DNA of 62,108 nt, filler included, from Platydemus manokwari (Eukaryota), in the NCBI GenBank assembly GCA_037951405.1. It is 6 parts of 6 records of this genome, joined end to end, with 100 filler letters (N's around TTAATTAATTAA, not from the genome) between each part and the next. Parts side by side here need not be neighbours in the genome. Positions count along the whole stretch, not along the records: positions 32,644 to 42,318 come from JBBMOY011219654.1; positions 42,419 to 51,462 come from JBBMOY011308095.1; 4 more parts are not named here. One strand, 5' to 3'. Position numbers and translations under genes: made by a program. Shown one piece after another: positions 37,320 through 49,750 of this stretch; positions within the stretch are counted from its first letter, which is position 1, and each line of letters begins with the position of its first letter. The notes under the pieces were generated by a model, which made no database searches, was not told where the DNA came from, and was given only the letters and a program-made list of their open reading frames with translations.

Positions 37320-38726
37320 ATGTCTAAATTGTATACCAAAATGTGCAATATATTGAATATTTATAATTTTGATTTTAAAAATATTCCAGAAACTTTTAAA
37401 TGTGTTATTTGCAACAATATTCTAAAAAATGCTAAACAAACCGCTTGCGGATGTAGAGCATGTGACAAATGTCTAAGAAATTACTTGCAAAATGGTCCAA
37501 AACCATGTCCAAATAATCAACCAGATTGTAGTGGTGATTTGCTAAAATTTGAAGAAAACATTAACCAAGATAATGCTACAAATAAGGAAATCGGAAATCT
37601 CAAAGTGAAATGCCCATTGAAATCATGCCAATTTAGTGGTATATTGAGAAATATAGCAGAGCATATAGAGATTTGTGATTTCCGTGAAATTACTTGTGAT
37701 TTGTGTAAAAATAGATTTTCTGTTAAAGAAAAATTGAATCATGATCAGAATATATGTGATATGAGAAATGTCAAATGCCAATATTGCAATGATATAATGA
37801 AATATATCCAACTTAAATCTGAACATCTTAATGCCGACAGTGATAAATTATGTAATAAATATGTAGCCATGTGTCCAAATAATTGTTCTACACTTCATAA
37901 AGTTAATTGGAAACAACATTTACCTACATGTGCTAATAAAAAGCTGGAATGTCCTTTCTATTCGTTAGGTTGTGATATGGGCAAAATGTCGAAGGAAAAG
38001 TTAGAAGAGCATATCAAAGATAATCTTAGTGATCATGTTTCAGGTCTGATTAATAAAGTTAAATCTAATGAATCAGAAATGAAGCAATTAAAAATGGAAT
38101 TAGAGAGTCAAAAGCAGTCTGTTCAAGAATTAATTCTAATTAATGAAAAATTGAAAGAACCTCGTATCAAGATGGATGCAGTGATTGAGGAATATAGTAA
38201 GAAAGTTCCACCAACTGTTGATAGAAGCGTTATATTAAGGAATGGGAGTTTTATTTGGAAATTTAATAATTTCGCTACAAGACGCCTCGATGCAGATAAT
38301 GGTGGTCGAGTATCAATAACGAGTGATCCTTTCTATACGAGTGAATTCGGTTATAAAATGTGTTTGAGGATTTATCCAGCCGGTGATGGTGTTGCTAGAG
38401 GAACGCACTTGTCGGTATTCTTTGCGATAATGAAAGGAGATTATGATGATTTATTATCGTGGCCTTTCAAACAAAAGGTGACATTGAGCATCTTCGATCT
38501 GGAATCAGGTTCCAAACATCATTTTCACACGTTTATATCGGACTCTCTATCAGTTTGTTATCAGAAACCAACTGATGATTGCAATATTGTTATTGGATCA
38601 CCGAAATTTATTTTGTTGTCACTTCTGACATGCAATGATTCCATTTATTGCAAGAATGACTCAATCTATATTAAAATAGATGTTGAATCGGATGATCAAA
38701 TTTGCGTTATGGAAGTACAATGTTGA
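37320..38726 (+). CDS. traf: TNF receptor-associated factor (TRAF2/3-like): RING, TRAF zinc fingers, coiled coil, MATH domain; intronless, 468 aa
   Basis: RING CVIC...CGCRACDKC...CP; several CxxxxxxCxxC/H zinc fingers; a coiled coil; MATH motifs GSFIWK, SDPFYTSEFGYKMCLRIYPAGDG, THLSVFFAIMKGDYDDLLSWPFKQKVT, GSPKFI and NDSIYIKIDV. Confidence 0.96.
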   Translation: MSKLYTKMCNILNIYNFDFKNIPETFKCVICNNILKNAKQTACGCRACDKCLRNYLQNGPKPCPNNQPDCSGDLLKFEENINQDNATNKEIGNLKVKCPLKSCQFSGILRNIAEHIEICDFREITCDLCKNRFSVKEKLNHDQNICDMRNVKCQYCNDIMKYIQLKSEHLNADSDKLCNKYVAMCPNNCSTLHKVNWKQHLPTCANKKLECPFYSLGCDMGKMSKEKLEEHIKDNLSDHVSGLINKVKSNESEMKQLKMELESQKQSVQELILINEKLKEPRIKMDAVIEEYSKKVPPTVDRSVILRNGSFIWKFNNFATRRLDADNGGRVSITSDPFYTSEFGYKMCLRIYPAGDGVARGTHLSVFFAIMKGDYDDLLSWPFKQKVTLSIFDLESGSKHHFHTFISDSLSVCYQKPTDDCNIVIGSPKFILLSLLTCNDSIYCKNDSIYIKIDVESDDQICVMEVQC

Positions 38727-40289
38727 ATACATTTTTGATTTATTAATACGAGAAATTATTGATTAATTATTTCATTTTTATAAATAATTTATCGATTCAC
38801 ATTTATAACTCGATATCAATTTTAATTTATTTTTAAAATAATTGAATTACAATGAAACTACCTTATGAAAAATATACTCCAATGAAATTCATTTTATTTT
38901 TAAAATCGAATGTGTGTAGAAATGACTGGTTTATAAATCCAATCATTGGTCAATGAAATGTATTTCTACTGACAGATGTTTATTGGAATACTTAGGACAC
39001 AAGTCAGTTATTTTAAAATATTTGAATTATTCTAATGAAATTCTTTTCAATTTTATATATAAATATCTTAATTAATTATATTTTCATTAATAAATTACAA
39101 AATAATTATGAATTGTGGTTTGGTAGTTATGATGATTCATAAAAGCACACGATCACAGGGTAAACAAAAATAAGTATGTATAATATCTATGTCAACTTTT
39201 ATGTTTGTCGACATTTTCTATCCTAAAATGTAGACAATTGACAATTAATTTACAGAGTGCAATTTTTGAGAAAAACCGTTGATATGAAATTGTGTGATTG
39301 ATAGTTGCAACTGGAATGTTTTAAGATACTTGTGACTATTTGTTGCTGTAAGTAGCAGTTGTTCAAATCGAGGTACCATTGTCTAAATTTAATCATAGTT
39401 GGATATCTCTCATTATATATGTATATGTGTATTTTATGCGTGATTAACACGTTTGATGACCCGATTTCTATTTCAACATTAAAAAGTTCACTAAGCACGT
39501 AAAATTTCTCTAAAACTCAATTATATTAAATTTATTTTTCGATGTTTTATGCAATTACAATCACTCTAAGTTTTCTACAAGCACCATCTATAAATGCGTG
39601 ATAATTATTTATATTCATTTTTATTAATTAACTATCAGTAAATGTATTCTTTAACATGGAGAAACGAATGATATTCTAGAATAATAACATCGTTTTAATG
39701 CTATATTATACTAGAGTTATGATTCTTCCAATGTAGTGAAGTAAAACAGTAAATGATATTTTCAATGTTTAATCAAATTTCTGTTTAGTTTGTTTTATAT
39801 GTTTCTAATATTTGTTTCATGATGATCCGATGTCGATCTTATATACTAATTTTGGCCGCTTATTTATATATGTGTTTATTCGATTTAATTATTTTATATT
39901 GTGTTAATAAATTAGCTTTGTTTAAGTAAATTTCATTTGAATGTCATTTAAAATATCGTTTAGTTACCACTTATTTTCAATGATAAAGTTGTAGAATTTG
40001 AAATGAATAAACTAATAGTCGGTAGTCGGAATAATGAATTAAATTAGTGAATTAAATCGAATATATAAATTTACCATTTTTATTTGTTTATTTTATTTTT
40101 TTTCTTTTAGATGTAACCAGAACGTTAAATTATTAGTTCCTGATGATTCGATGGATCATGTACTTTTAATGATATTTCAATTTTTATTTTTAATGAGCAA
40201 ACAATTGTTTTATTTTGGTTTGAATTTTTAACTTATGCTAGGTTGACATGTGTGATAAAGATGCTGAGAAAAATATTGATTTAATTATG

Positions 40290-40600
40290 TTATCTTATGA
40301 TTTTACTTATTTCAATTATAGAAAATTTACATAATTTTTTATAAAGGTAAATATAAATATATTTTCCAGTAGATTTTGTGACGAAAATAAAAACATCATC
40401 ATCAGTTGTAAAATCAAAATATTTCTGGTTGTTCGCGTCTATATATATCGCGATTTTGAACTGCTCTTCAATAAATATAAGAATGACCTCCACTCTTATC
40501 TTTGCATGGTGTTCTTCCATAGTTCTCGTTTGATTTATTTTTCCCATTTCCTCGAGTTGTTCATTTAATTCCAGTTATCTTTTCATAAGATATCTTTGTT
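40290..40600 (-). pseudogene. Duplicate fragment of 'gene X'
   Basis: 40485-40598 closely matches 36341-36458 (e.g. CCATAGTTCTCGTTTGATTTATTTTTCCCATTTCCTCGAGTTGTTCAT is identical). Confidence 0.6.
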
Positions 40601-40602
40601 CC

Positions 40603-41010
40603 CAGGGTGCCAACATCATTCTGACACTTTTAAACCCGATTCTCGATCTGCTTGTTATCAGAAACCAACTGATGATTGCAATATTGCTTCTGGATCACCG
40701 AAATTTATTTTGTTGTCAGTTCTGACATGCAATGATTCCATTTATTGCAAGAATGACACAATCTATATTAAAATAGATGTTGAACCGTATGATCAATACT
40801 TGAATTACAATGAGTACAATGAAACTATCTTATGAAAAATATGCTCCAATGAAATTCATTTTATTTTTAAAATCGAGTGTATAGTAACGACTGATTTAAA
40901 GTCAAATCATTGGTCAATGAAATGTATTTCTAATGACAGATGTTTATTTGAATGCTATGATGCAAGTTAGTTATAAATGTGTCAATTTTTCCTATGAAAT
41001 ATTTTTAACA
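40603..41010 (+). pseudogene. Truncated TRAF paralog (end of MATH domain plus 3' UTR)
   Basis: HHSDTFKPDSRSACYQKPTDDCNIASGSPKFILLSVLTCNDSIYCKNDTIYIKIDV. Nucleotide match to ~38507-39050 with a ~140-bp deletion around the original stop. Confidence 0.9.
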
Positions 41011-41699
41011 TATTTATCTGATGTTATAACCTACCAATGGCTTAAGATTACGGTGCTCATTGGTGGACCTAGACAGGTTATAGAATTGTGCATTTAGACG
41101 ATTTTGGGTTTAACAAGATCATATTGGAAGTGCTCGATCAGATATTAATATCTCTGCGAATACTTCGATAACTTGATATTAATTATTATAACTACTGTAA
41201 TTGTAATGGACATTATAAAATAGGCTTAAATTCCAATAAAAATTAGCAAGTAATCAATCTTCTTGATTAAAACTAACAATATCAAACGTTAAGCAGGATT
41301 AGATTTTAATATCTTGCTATTCACTAAATTTTACATCACGATTACCTTTACAGTTTCAAATTTTGTTAATATTAAAAATTATGATGTTTAATGATTTTTA
41401 AGCATATTTTAATATTTTCCAAACATGTTCTCCAATGAAACTTATTTTTAGTAGACAGCAGTAAAACCCGTTTGATAATGATAGTGTGCTTTTTACTCGT
41501 TTTAATTGAAGTATAATTTTATTTTTAAAGGACATTTATCTTTTTTTCGTTAATATGGAAATTTTAAAGGTAATGGAAATCTTTTAATTTTTAGTGAATG
41601 GTTGAATATTTTGATTTGGTCCACTGAATTACGGGAGATGTGAGATAATGAATCTGAGGAATGTTTTAAAGTGGGTTCTCAAAACTTTCCCTAGGGCAT

Positions 41700-41870
41700 T
41701 ATCATAGCTGTATATACATCATTTTCTTTGCCATCAAAGGCATTTCTAATGCCAGACTTCTTAAAAGATTTCCCAATGATTTCTAACATCATTCGAAGAT
41801 TTCCTCATCCACTCATACGCTTTGGCTATGTTTCGTCCACTTCATTCTTCCTGTGGGTATGAGGCAAAGA
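41700..41870 (-). mobile_element. pogo/Tigger (DDE_1) transposase C-terminal relic
   Basis: PTGRMK..., AYEWMRKSSNDV, IIGKSFKKSGIRNAFDGKENDV (cf. KSFKKCGISNALDGSEDD). Frameshifted. Confidence 0.7.
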
Positions 41871-42318
41871 CGTGACTCAGTGGACATGAATAAATATACC
41901 TGTTGGAAATTTATAATTAAGCAGAGTTCTTTTTAATATCAAAAATGTGGCGATTTTGTGACATCAGCTCAACAGGTCAGGGTCTTTTCATGGTCTGTGT
42001 TTTTTATTTAAATTGTGTGAGATTCAAAATTAACAATCAAATCAGTGAACAAATAGCACACTACAATACAAGTGTTGGGGCTTTAAAAAAAACCATATAA
42101 ATTTCTAGTGATCTACTTGAAAAATATAGTGTATAGATATTACTTATTAGGTCTTTCTTAGCTTGAATTTGACTCATATTTGTTATTAAAACAATTCTTG
42201 GAAACATGAGCAGGTTTCAACAAAATTATCCCAAATAGAAATGTTGGGGTTCTGGCCCAACTAGTTGATTAAAACAATTGATTTACATTGAAAAATGTGT
42301 GCATGACAGTACGTATCA

Positions 42319-42418
42319 NNNNNNNNNNNNNNNNNNNNNNNNNNNNNNNNNNNNNNNNNNNNTTAATTAATTAANNNNNNNNNNNNNNNNNNNNNNNNNN
42401 NNNNNNNNNNNNNNNNNN
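42319..42418. other. Artificial contig spacer N44-TTAATTAATTAA-N44
   Basis: Identical to the other spacers. Confidence 0.97.
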
Positions 42419-42666
42419 TTATTAAAATTATAAAATTATTTTTCAAATTATCTACATTTTCAGAAACAAATTTCCCAAGATAAAATCCAAAATATATTTT
42501 CAAATATGTTAACATTTATGAAAACTTATTTATTGATTTGAAATTTCTGTATTTGAGATTAATAATATAATTAATAAAATTCTGAGCTGTCATAGTAAAC
42601 AACTGATTCAATATAAATCGATTACCATAAATCATGATGGTTTTGCTACTATTAGAATCGGATATA

Positions 42667-43395
42667 CATTATAACTCCCAAAAATGGAACACGTTCAATG
42701 TTCCGGTTTAGGATATGTTGTTCCAGTTTCAAGAATAAGTTAGTTTTAGTTAAAATAAAAGATTTGCAAAATCAAACATAAGTATATTGATAACTGTATC
42801 TACATAACTACAGATACTTACTGAGAATAAATGCTTTTCATACACTTAAATAAAGAAACTTGTGCTCTAAACTGAATAACTAGCGATTTTATATGCTTTT
42901 ACGTATTAACTTCTTCACCAGATTTTATTAATATTTAATTTTACAGGTGTTATAACTAAATAGAATCTTTATTCATCTTTTGTTCTGACTACTTCTCCTT
43001 CCAATTCATCAATGACTCATTAGTTGGATACTCGGCTGCCTCTAACAAGATTACGAAAGTTGGAATTTTGACGGCTTTGAAACTTCTACTTAGCTATTTC
43101 TCTTTGGATTTCATAAGGTAGTCTTCTGTAAAACAAGAATTATTCTCTATGAATTTGAGCACAATCTCCATTGGCTGCTCTACATCCTCTAATGATATTT
43201 GTTCACAAATTTCATTTTGAAAAATTGAACAAGAATCCTCTGATTTATTTTCGGAATAAAAAATGTTGGTCAATAATATTTTATCTAAACACACTTATCC
43301 ATTCTCCTTAAATTATAGTAAAAATATAAGCTACAAGTATGTTCCAGTTTCAGAATGTCCAGTTTCAGAATGTTCCAGTTTTTGGAGTTGTAGTG
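42667..43395 (-). mobile_element. Non-autonomous TA-flanked DNA transposon (Tigger/pogo-like), 729 bp
   Basis: 26-bp TIRs CATTATAACTCCCAAAAATGGAACAC / CACTACAACTCCAAAAACTGGAACAT (21/26), with TA on both sides. Subterminal TCCAGTTT(CAGAAT) repeats (three at the right end, related copies at the left). The internal ORF relic ISLEDVEQPMEIVLKFIE resembles Tigger transposase tails. Confidence 0.75.
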
Positions 43396-45199
43396 TATAT
43401 AATATTTGATGAAAATCAAAACCATTGAATGACCACAACTGAACTTCATAAATATGAAAAGATTTTTGCTTCATCAATAAATTAATAAAGTTATCAAAAT
43501 AACCTTTTTTGAAAATATATTTGATCTTTTTCTCAGGAATTGTTATTTTATTTACTTTCTTTACAATCACTAAATATTTTAAAAAAATTTGGCTTTTAAT
43601 CTTTTGAACTTATCTTTTAATTACTGGACGCTTTGAATATAAGTTATAATGAACGATTATATATTTTATAAGTAGAAGGTTACTATCAATAAATACAGTA
43701 ATTAGAATTCTGTCAATAAGGTCGACGAGTTTGATAACAATAACAACGGTATAATTGAGTAATTATAAAACACTAGGAAATTGTGTGATTAAAAAAAAAT
43801 TATTTTCAAAACGAAATAATATTTAAGAAATTTATCATTAAAATTTTTATGTTTAAGAACTGTTATGCTGATTACTTTCAGTTATTTTAGAGTTCACAAT
43901 TTGCCCAGTAGTGAAATTAGTTTCACTAAACCATTGATTAGGATAATAAAATATTAGAAATGTCTGGTGATCATACTGTGATAAAATTACTGAATATATG
44001 TATCAATCCACTTGTTAATATTTAGAAAGACTTGGTGTTTGCGTGTAAGTATATATAAATGAAGATTAATCATTCATAATAATTTCAACTTGTCTAATTG
44101 TAGACTTATCAGTTCAATGATGCAAGATCATAATTAATATGAGAAACAATTACTGCTTGATTGACAGGGATGACATTAAATCTAGTTCAATAAGAAATAT
44201 ATTTTTTACAAAACAGAAATAGGTTAAAATTTTGGAAATTTATGCTCACATTAATGGCCTATTTCTAATTCAGCAAGCTGAAAAATTATATTTCATTACA
44301 TTTTGTTGCAGTTTACTAGTTAGTATACATTGCCTAACTGGTTAATTAATATTTCTTTCTCTTGGGATTAGATGTGGAAATAAATATCAAATCTCGACAT
44401 AATTCTGATATTCTAAATGATACCCATCTCCATTCTACAAGTATACAAAATTTAATTTTTTATTGTGTAACAAGTAAGAATTTCAATTCTTTTGTTTGAT
44501 GTAAAAAAAGGTTCGAAAATAAATTCTCAAAGTATGTTTTGTTTTTAACTAATTTCAGTCTCAAATGTTTTTTTAATGCTTTTATTTAGTCTAATCTTTT
44601 CATTATATTAATTTTTTAGTCATTATTTACTTTTTCAATTCAATTTAATTAAAGATTCTTTTAAAGAGTCCTTTTCCAAGCATGTTGTTTGTGGTAAATA
44701 TTGAAACAAATAATGAATTTCAGTTAAATATTAATTTAATATTTCAGCATTAACATGACCTTTTATTTTCGAATTTACGGACTACTGTAAAACCTCGAAA
44801 AATCAAAGAAAAAGGATAAAAAATATAATAAAGTGATGATTTGAAATTTATTTTAAGTTTATAACAATTAAAGCCTATAACAATTCAATTTTAAAAGGCG
44901 TGATTGGTGGTCTTAGTTCATAACTGATTAAATAACAAGTTGTGTCCTTGTATAACGAAGAATATAAAAAAATTAAGTGTCTTTACACATTAAAAACTAT
45001 TGGTGGAAAGTGGGTTTGAATGGAGTACTCATTTAGATAATCACCGATGGATTCTTATAATACCAAACATCAAAAATATTCAAAAATCTTAATTAAAAAG
45101 ATAATGAAAATGAAAATTTAATCCAAATTAAACCAGTTAGAATTGATTTCTTTAATCTGCATCATAGCATCATATATACTAACAATGAGTATTCAAAAA

Positions 45200-45619
45200 T
45201 GTAATTATGAATCAGAGTTACACACTAAATTAAATCGTAAACCTTTGCACTACAAATTACACTCAAACAAACAAAATCAATCAACAATTGGATGAGCAAT
45301 CGTAAGAATTATCACTTAAGAGATTCAAAACAGAAAAAAATTTTACCTGTCATGAAGGACTGGCAGTTGCTCACTAGATTCAACTCCTTTTATAGATTTG
45401 TCATTCATTAGAAACGTCTTCATACTAGTTTATTAATAGATTCTTTTCTATCTTTGTTGCTGATGTGTGAGGATCGAATTATATTTATGAATTGATAGTT
45501 TAAAGATATCGGATTGGATATTGGCTCATGTATCCATCGTGTCTGTGTGTATCTACTCTTTTGATGGTTATTCCGTAGTCTCCGTGGGTGTCTTGCTTCG
45601 TTTTATGGCACACGCGACA
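45200..45619 (-). mobile_element. Diverged solo LTR related to family A
   Basis: TGT...ACA ends, flanks AAAA/ATAA. Shares TCAACTCCTTTTATAGAT and GTCTGTGTGTAT motifs with family A. Confidence 0.5.
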
Positions 45620-46786
45620 ATAAGTAATTAGCGATATTTAATGAAAAACTTCAATCCATTAAATAATAAAAGTTAATAAATAAAATACAACATTTTAAAT
45701 TGTGAATTCTCCTGAATATCTAGACTCTGAAAATTGAAGGATAAAATAGAATAAATAAATAAAAACTTATTAAAAAAATTTCCAAAATGATTAAAAAAAC
45801 TAACCAATTTCAAAAATATTTATCCAATAACCAAGAATTTGAATCACTGAATGATCAATGAGTGATAAGTAATGTTATAGTTTGATCGAAAATATAGTAA
45901 ATATAAGCAGGACCAATTTATTTGATGATTAATTTCCTGAAATTCGATGGGAAAGATTCAGGAATCAAATTACTAACGTGTTGAACAATAAGTGGATTAA
46001 TTTCGTGAAATTATTATTTTTGGATGAACAATGCTGAATTATTCACGAACTAATTGCTGGGACAATTCTAAAGAAAAGGTTAATTTATTTATTAATAATA
46101 GTAAAGATTATGATTCTATAAAATATTTATAAGATAAATAAATGCAAAGTATTTTTCTTAACAATAATGAATAATTAATAGGTATGCTATTACTTGAGCA
46201 CTTGCACAATAACATATTTTTGGTAATAGAAGTAGAAATTTTGTTAAAATTATTAAAATATTTTATATCTAATATATACAGCAATTATAATTAACAATAT
46301 TATTATTGTTTATTAAAATTACTGATCACCAAAAAATATTGCACCTCAATTTTCAATTCATTCATTATTTTACTAGAACATCAGATGAAATCCTAAGCTC
46401 TAGCCTTAAGTAATTCATTACTTGTCCAAATATTTTTATTTTTTCCGGTAATTTAATCTACAAAATAATAATCCCTAAATTTTGATTATTTGATTTATTA
46501 GTAGCTAATTAGTTTAGAATATCTACTCTTAAAAATCTTTTCAGTTCTTGGTGCTGGAAAATATATGGAAGGCCGAATTATGATAGCCAATGAAGCTCAG
46601 TAACTACGAAAATTTGATCATTTTATTTATTATTTTTCTAATAACCTTATATTATTTATATATTATTCATTATTAATATCAATATATTACTTCATATTAT
46701 TATTTTATAGCCAATAGCCATATTAATACAATAAATAAATCTGCATATATAAAGATCACAAAATGTTCAAAATGAGTTATTACAAT

Positions 46787-47348
46787 TGTTGGGTTATCAA
46801 TCAACAATTTAAATCTGAAAATTTGTATTAACTAAAATATTACACAAAATGTCTCGACAACAACAGCAAATCTTTTCATAGTTCACAAAGTAAATGACTA
46901 AAGACGAGATCAGCGCTCAAAAGTCAAAAACACAATGAAAAGTAATCAAAAAGGCTGATTACTAATAATCACACAAAGATAGGTTAAGCAGTAAAGTTAC
47001 CGACCAAAAAGACTGACAGAAACTCATGGAACTCAACCTCTTTTATAGATCTATCGGATGTGTCTGCTTGATATCGAGAAACTTCGTTTTTCAATTGCTG
47101 AATTTGTTCGTAGATCGATTTACTTGAGATTCCTCTTACATTTCACGTGCCATTACTGGATGTTTGAGCTTGCTGTAGTTTGTAGTCATGTGCCTATCGA
47201 TTTTTAGCTTCTAAATATAGATTAACATCAGATAAAATCTGATTGATTGACAGCACGTGTTTTTATCGGGTCTGTGTGCATTGAGTCTTTTTAGGGTTTT
47301 TTCCTTGGTTCTTATGACCCTTTTGATTGATTTGTGATATACCCAACA
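46787..47348 (-). mobile_element. Solo LTR, family A copy 3 (562 bp)
   Basis: TGTTGGGT...ACCCAACA perfect 8-bp inverted termini, TSD CAAT/CGAT (3/4). Confidence 0.87.
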
Positions 47349-48929
47349 CGATTAAATTTTTGCGATATTTTCCACTGGATCTTTTATGCGTAACTATGAA
47401 ATATGTTATGTCTCATGAAATTTTCGTGATCTTATAATATCAGAATCAGATTAGATAAATTTGATTTCCAATTTCCTAATTATAAATTTAATTCCCATTA
47501 GAAATAATTTTTATTTTTAATATAATAACTTTTTCATTAAATAAATTATGTTTGAATTATTTATAAAATAATACTTTATCAAGTAAAATTCGAAAATCTC
47601 GTAATTATCAGAAAAGTTACAAATGATCAATTATGAATTGAAACTTTATAATTATTTATTTTACTGCTTCTCATAAGATTGAAACAAATGAATTGGCTTT
47701 AGATTATAATAGAGCTTATTAAATGATTTTAACAAAATAATTTTAATCATATTTTCTATCAAAAAAAGTCGACAAATTTCTGAAGAAGAAATGTAGCTTC
47801 TAAATGACATTACGTGATATAATTATTTACTATTATTCACTTGAAAATTATATCACACATTTATGCATCAATATTGTAAGGGTTATGACTATTGTTGGCT
47901 AATCGATCAGGAATTATCCATCCAAACTAATTGATAAACTAAAATTTTGTCCTTTTAAATCGTCATTATCGGATAGGAGCTTGAATCCATCACTTAATAA
48001 TTCACACACATGTAGGTTGGAAACCACAAGTCATTTCTTTCAACTTCGCTATAAATTATCATTGGATCGTGTAATTACATATTGTTTTGATACCAATTTT
48101 TTATCCCAAGAAACATAGAAAGGAATTATTTATCTATTAATTTATTCATCCATTGACAAGATCGAAAATCATATTTTCCCTTTATACATTATTTAAAGTA
48201 ACCAAGATTGACTTTGAGAACCTTTCTGAATTTAATGGCAAACAACAATATAATAATTATGACCTTCATCGTTGATTAAATTAATAAATGTTAAGAGATA
48301 ATTTTAATTAATTTATTTTGTTACAGTATAGATTTATAAACAATGAAGTACAGGATGAAAATTAATCGTAAACTTATGCATTTGATATTTTCAAAATAAC
48401 ATTATTTTTATTGAAAAGTTACTTTGTTTATATAAATCATTGTATGATCGTAAAATGTAAGATTTGATTTAAAATTAATTCTAGTGCTATGCATGAATTT
48501 ATTGTGAAACTAATCAATTTTAACAGATACAAGATACTTGATGAGCGAACGATTATCGAAAAAATAAATTAGTTACATTACCAAACACAGATCATTTATA
48601 ATTGGACTTGAAAATAATTAGAAATCAACACATCGGATAAGAAAATGAAATATATTATTTACTTAATTACACGCAACAAAACATGTCGAAACCCAATTGA
48701 AAATCGCTAAAATCAACTTGAAATAAGAAAAATCTAACAAAACCTAACGCGAACTATAAAAATTTAAGTAATCGAAAGTATTATAAAGATCTTGGTGATG
48801 AAGATCTTGTATTGAGATACGGTGTTTAATATGAATAAAAACAAAACAAATTTATCTATGATATCATCATTAAAAAAATTAAGTTATTTTAATTAATAAA
48901 TTTTTGGAGTATTTGACAAACATTTGTAA

Positions 48930-49750
48930 TGGCCTTCAAATGGTTACTACACACAGATACGGTAAACATGCGGGCTTATACTTATCACAAAAACTTTTGA
49001 AAATTTCAATTTATCGCCAGAAGCTTGGGTTTTCACGCATCACCCACGATGCTGAACTACACGCCATACTTTACCAAATTTAACAAATCAATATTATGCG
49101 GCCGATGTAACATTGAATAGGAAACTGACACACATATCTTCATTCATTCCACAGCTGTGTCAGGCCTAGCTTCAAAAAGACGTAATTTTTCTGGACCACC
49201 TAGGTATTACTTGCAAACTCTTGAATACGATGCCTATATTGATTCTGCACCACCAGAATCAACCACAAAATTGAGACTAGATCTTATCATCAGGAATAAG
49301 ATCAAGTCCCATGCTCACATTGTGGATCTAAAATTACCCATGGATATAATGGATAATTTTGAAAGACACCGGAAACTAAATTACGAAAAATATCAAAATA
49401 CCGCGGCTGAAATCAGCAAGAAATCACTATTCAACACTAACCTAATCTGTATCGGAGTTCTCGGAACCTGAGACTCACAAAACAACAAAGTCCTATCAAA
49501 CACCGGCCTAGACAAATAAGAGATAACCTTCATCTAGCGCTTCCCAGTAACCTCCTTAGTGAGAGATGCTTTTGTAACATACAAGGCTCACATGAATCAG
49601 AAGAAAATGAAAAACTCTCGTTAACACGAGCCTTCAATTCAATTACCAATACTGGATATCAAAATTAACAATGCAAACTTGCAATATGGCAACGAGATGT
49701 CTTTTGTCAACGCGTTGTGAAGATTTTGATGTTTATGCAAAATAAATTTT
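48930..49750 (+). mobile_element. 5'-truncated NeSL/R2-like RLE retrotransposon (second family)
   Basis: FQFIAR, CGRCNIE*ETDTHI, RLDLII...HIVDLKLP...NYEKY and CIGVLGT*DSQNNKVL (cf. VGSLGSWDPxND). 3' UTR ends in AATAAA at ~49741. Confidence 0.82.
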
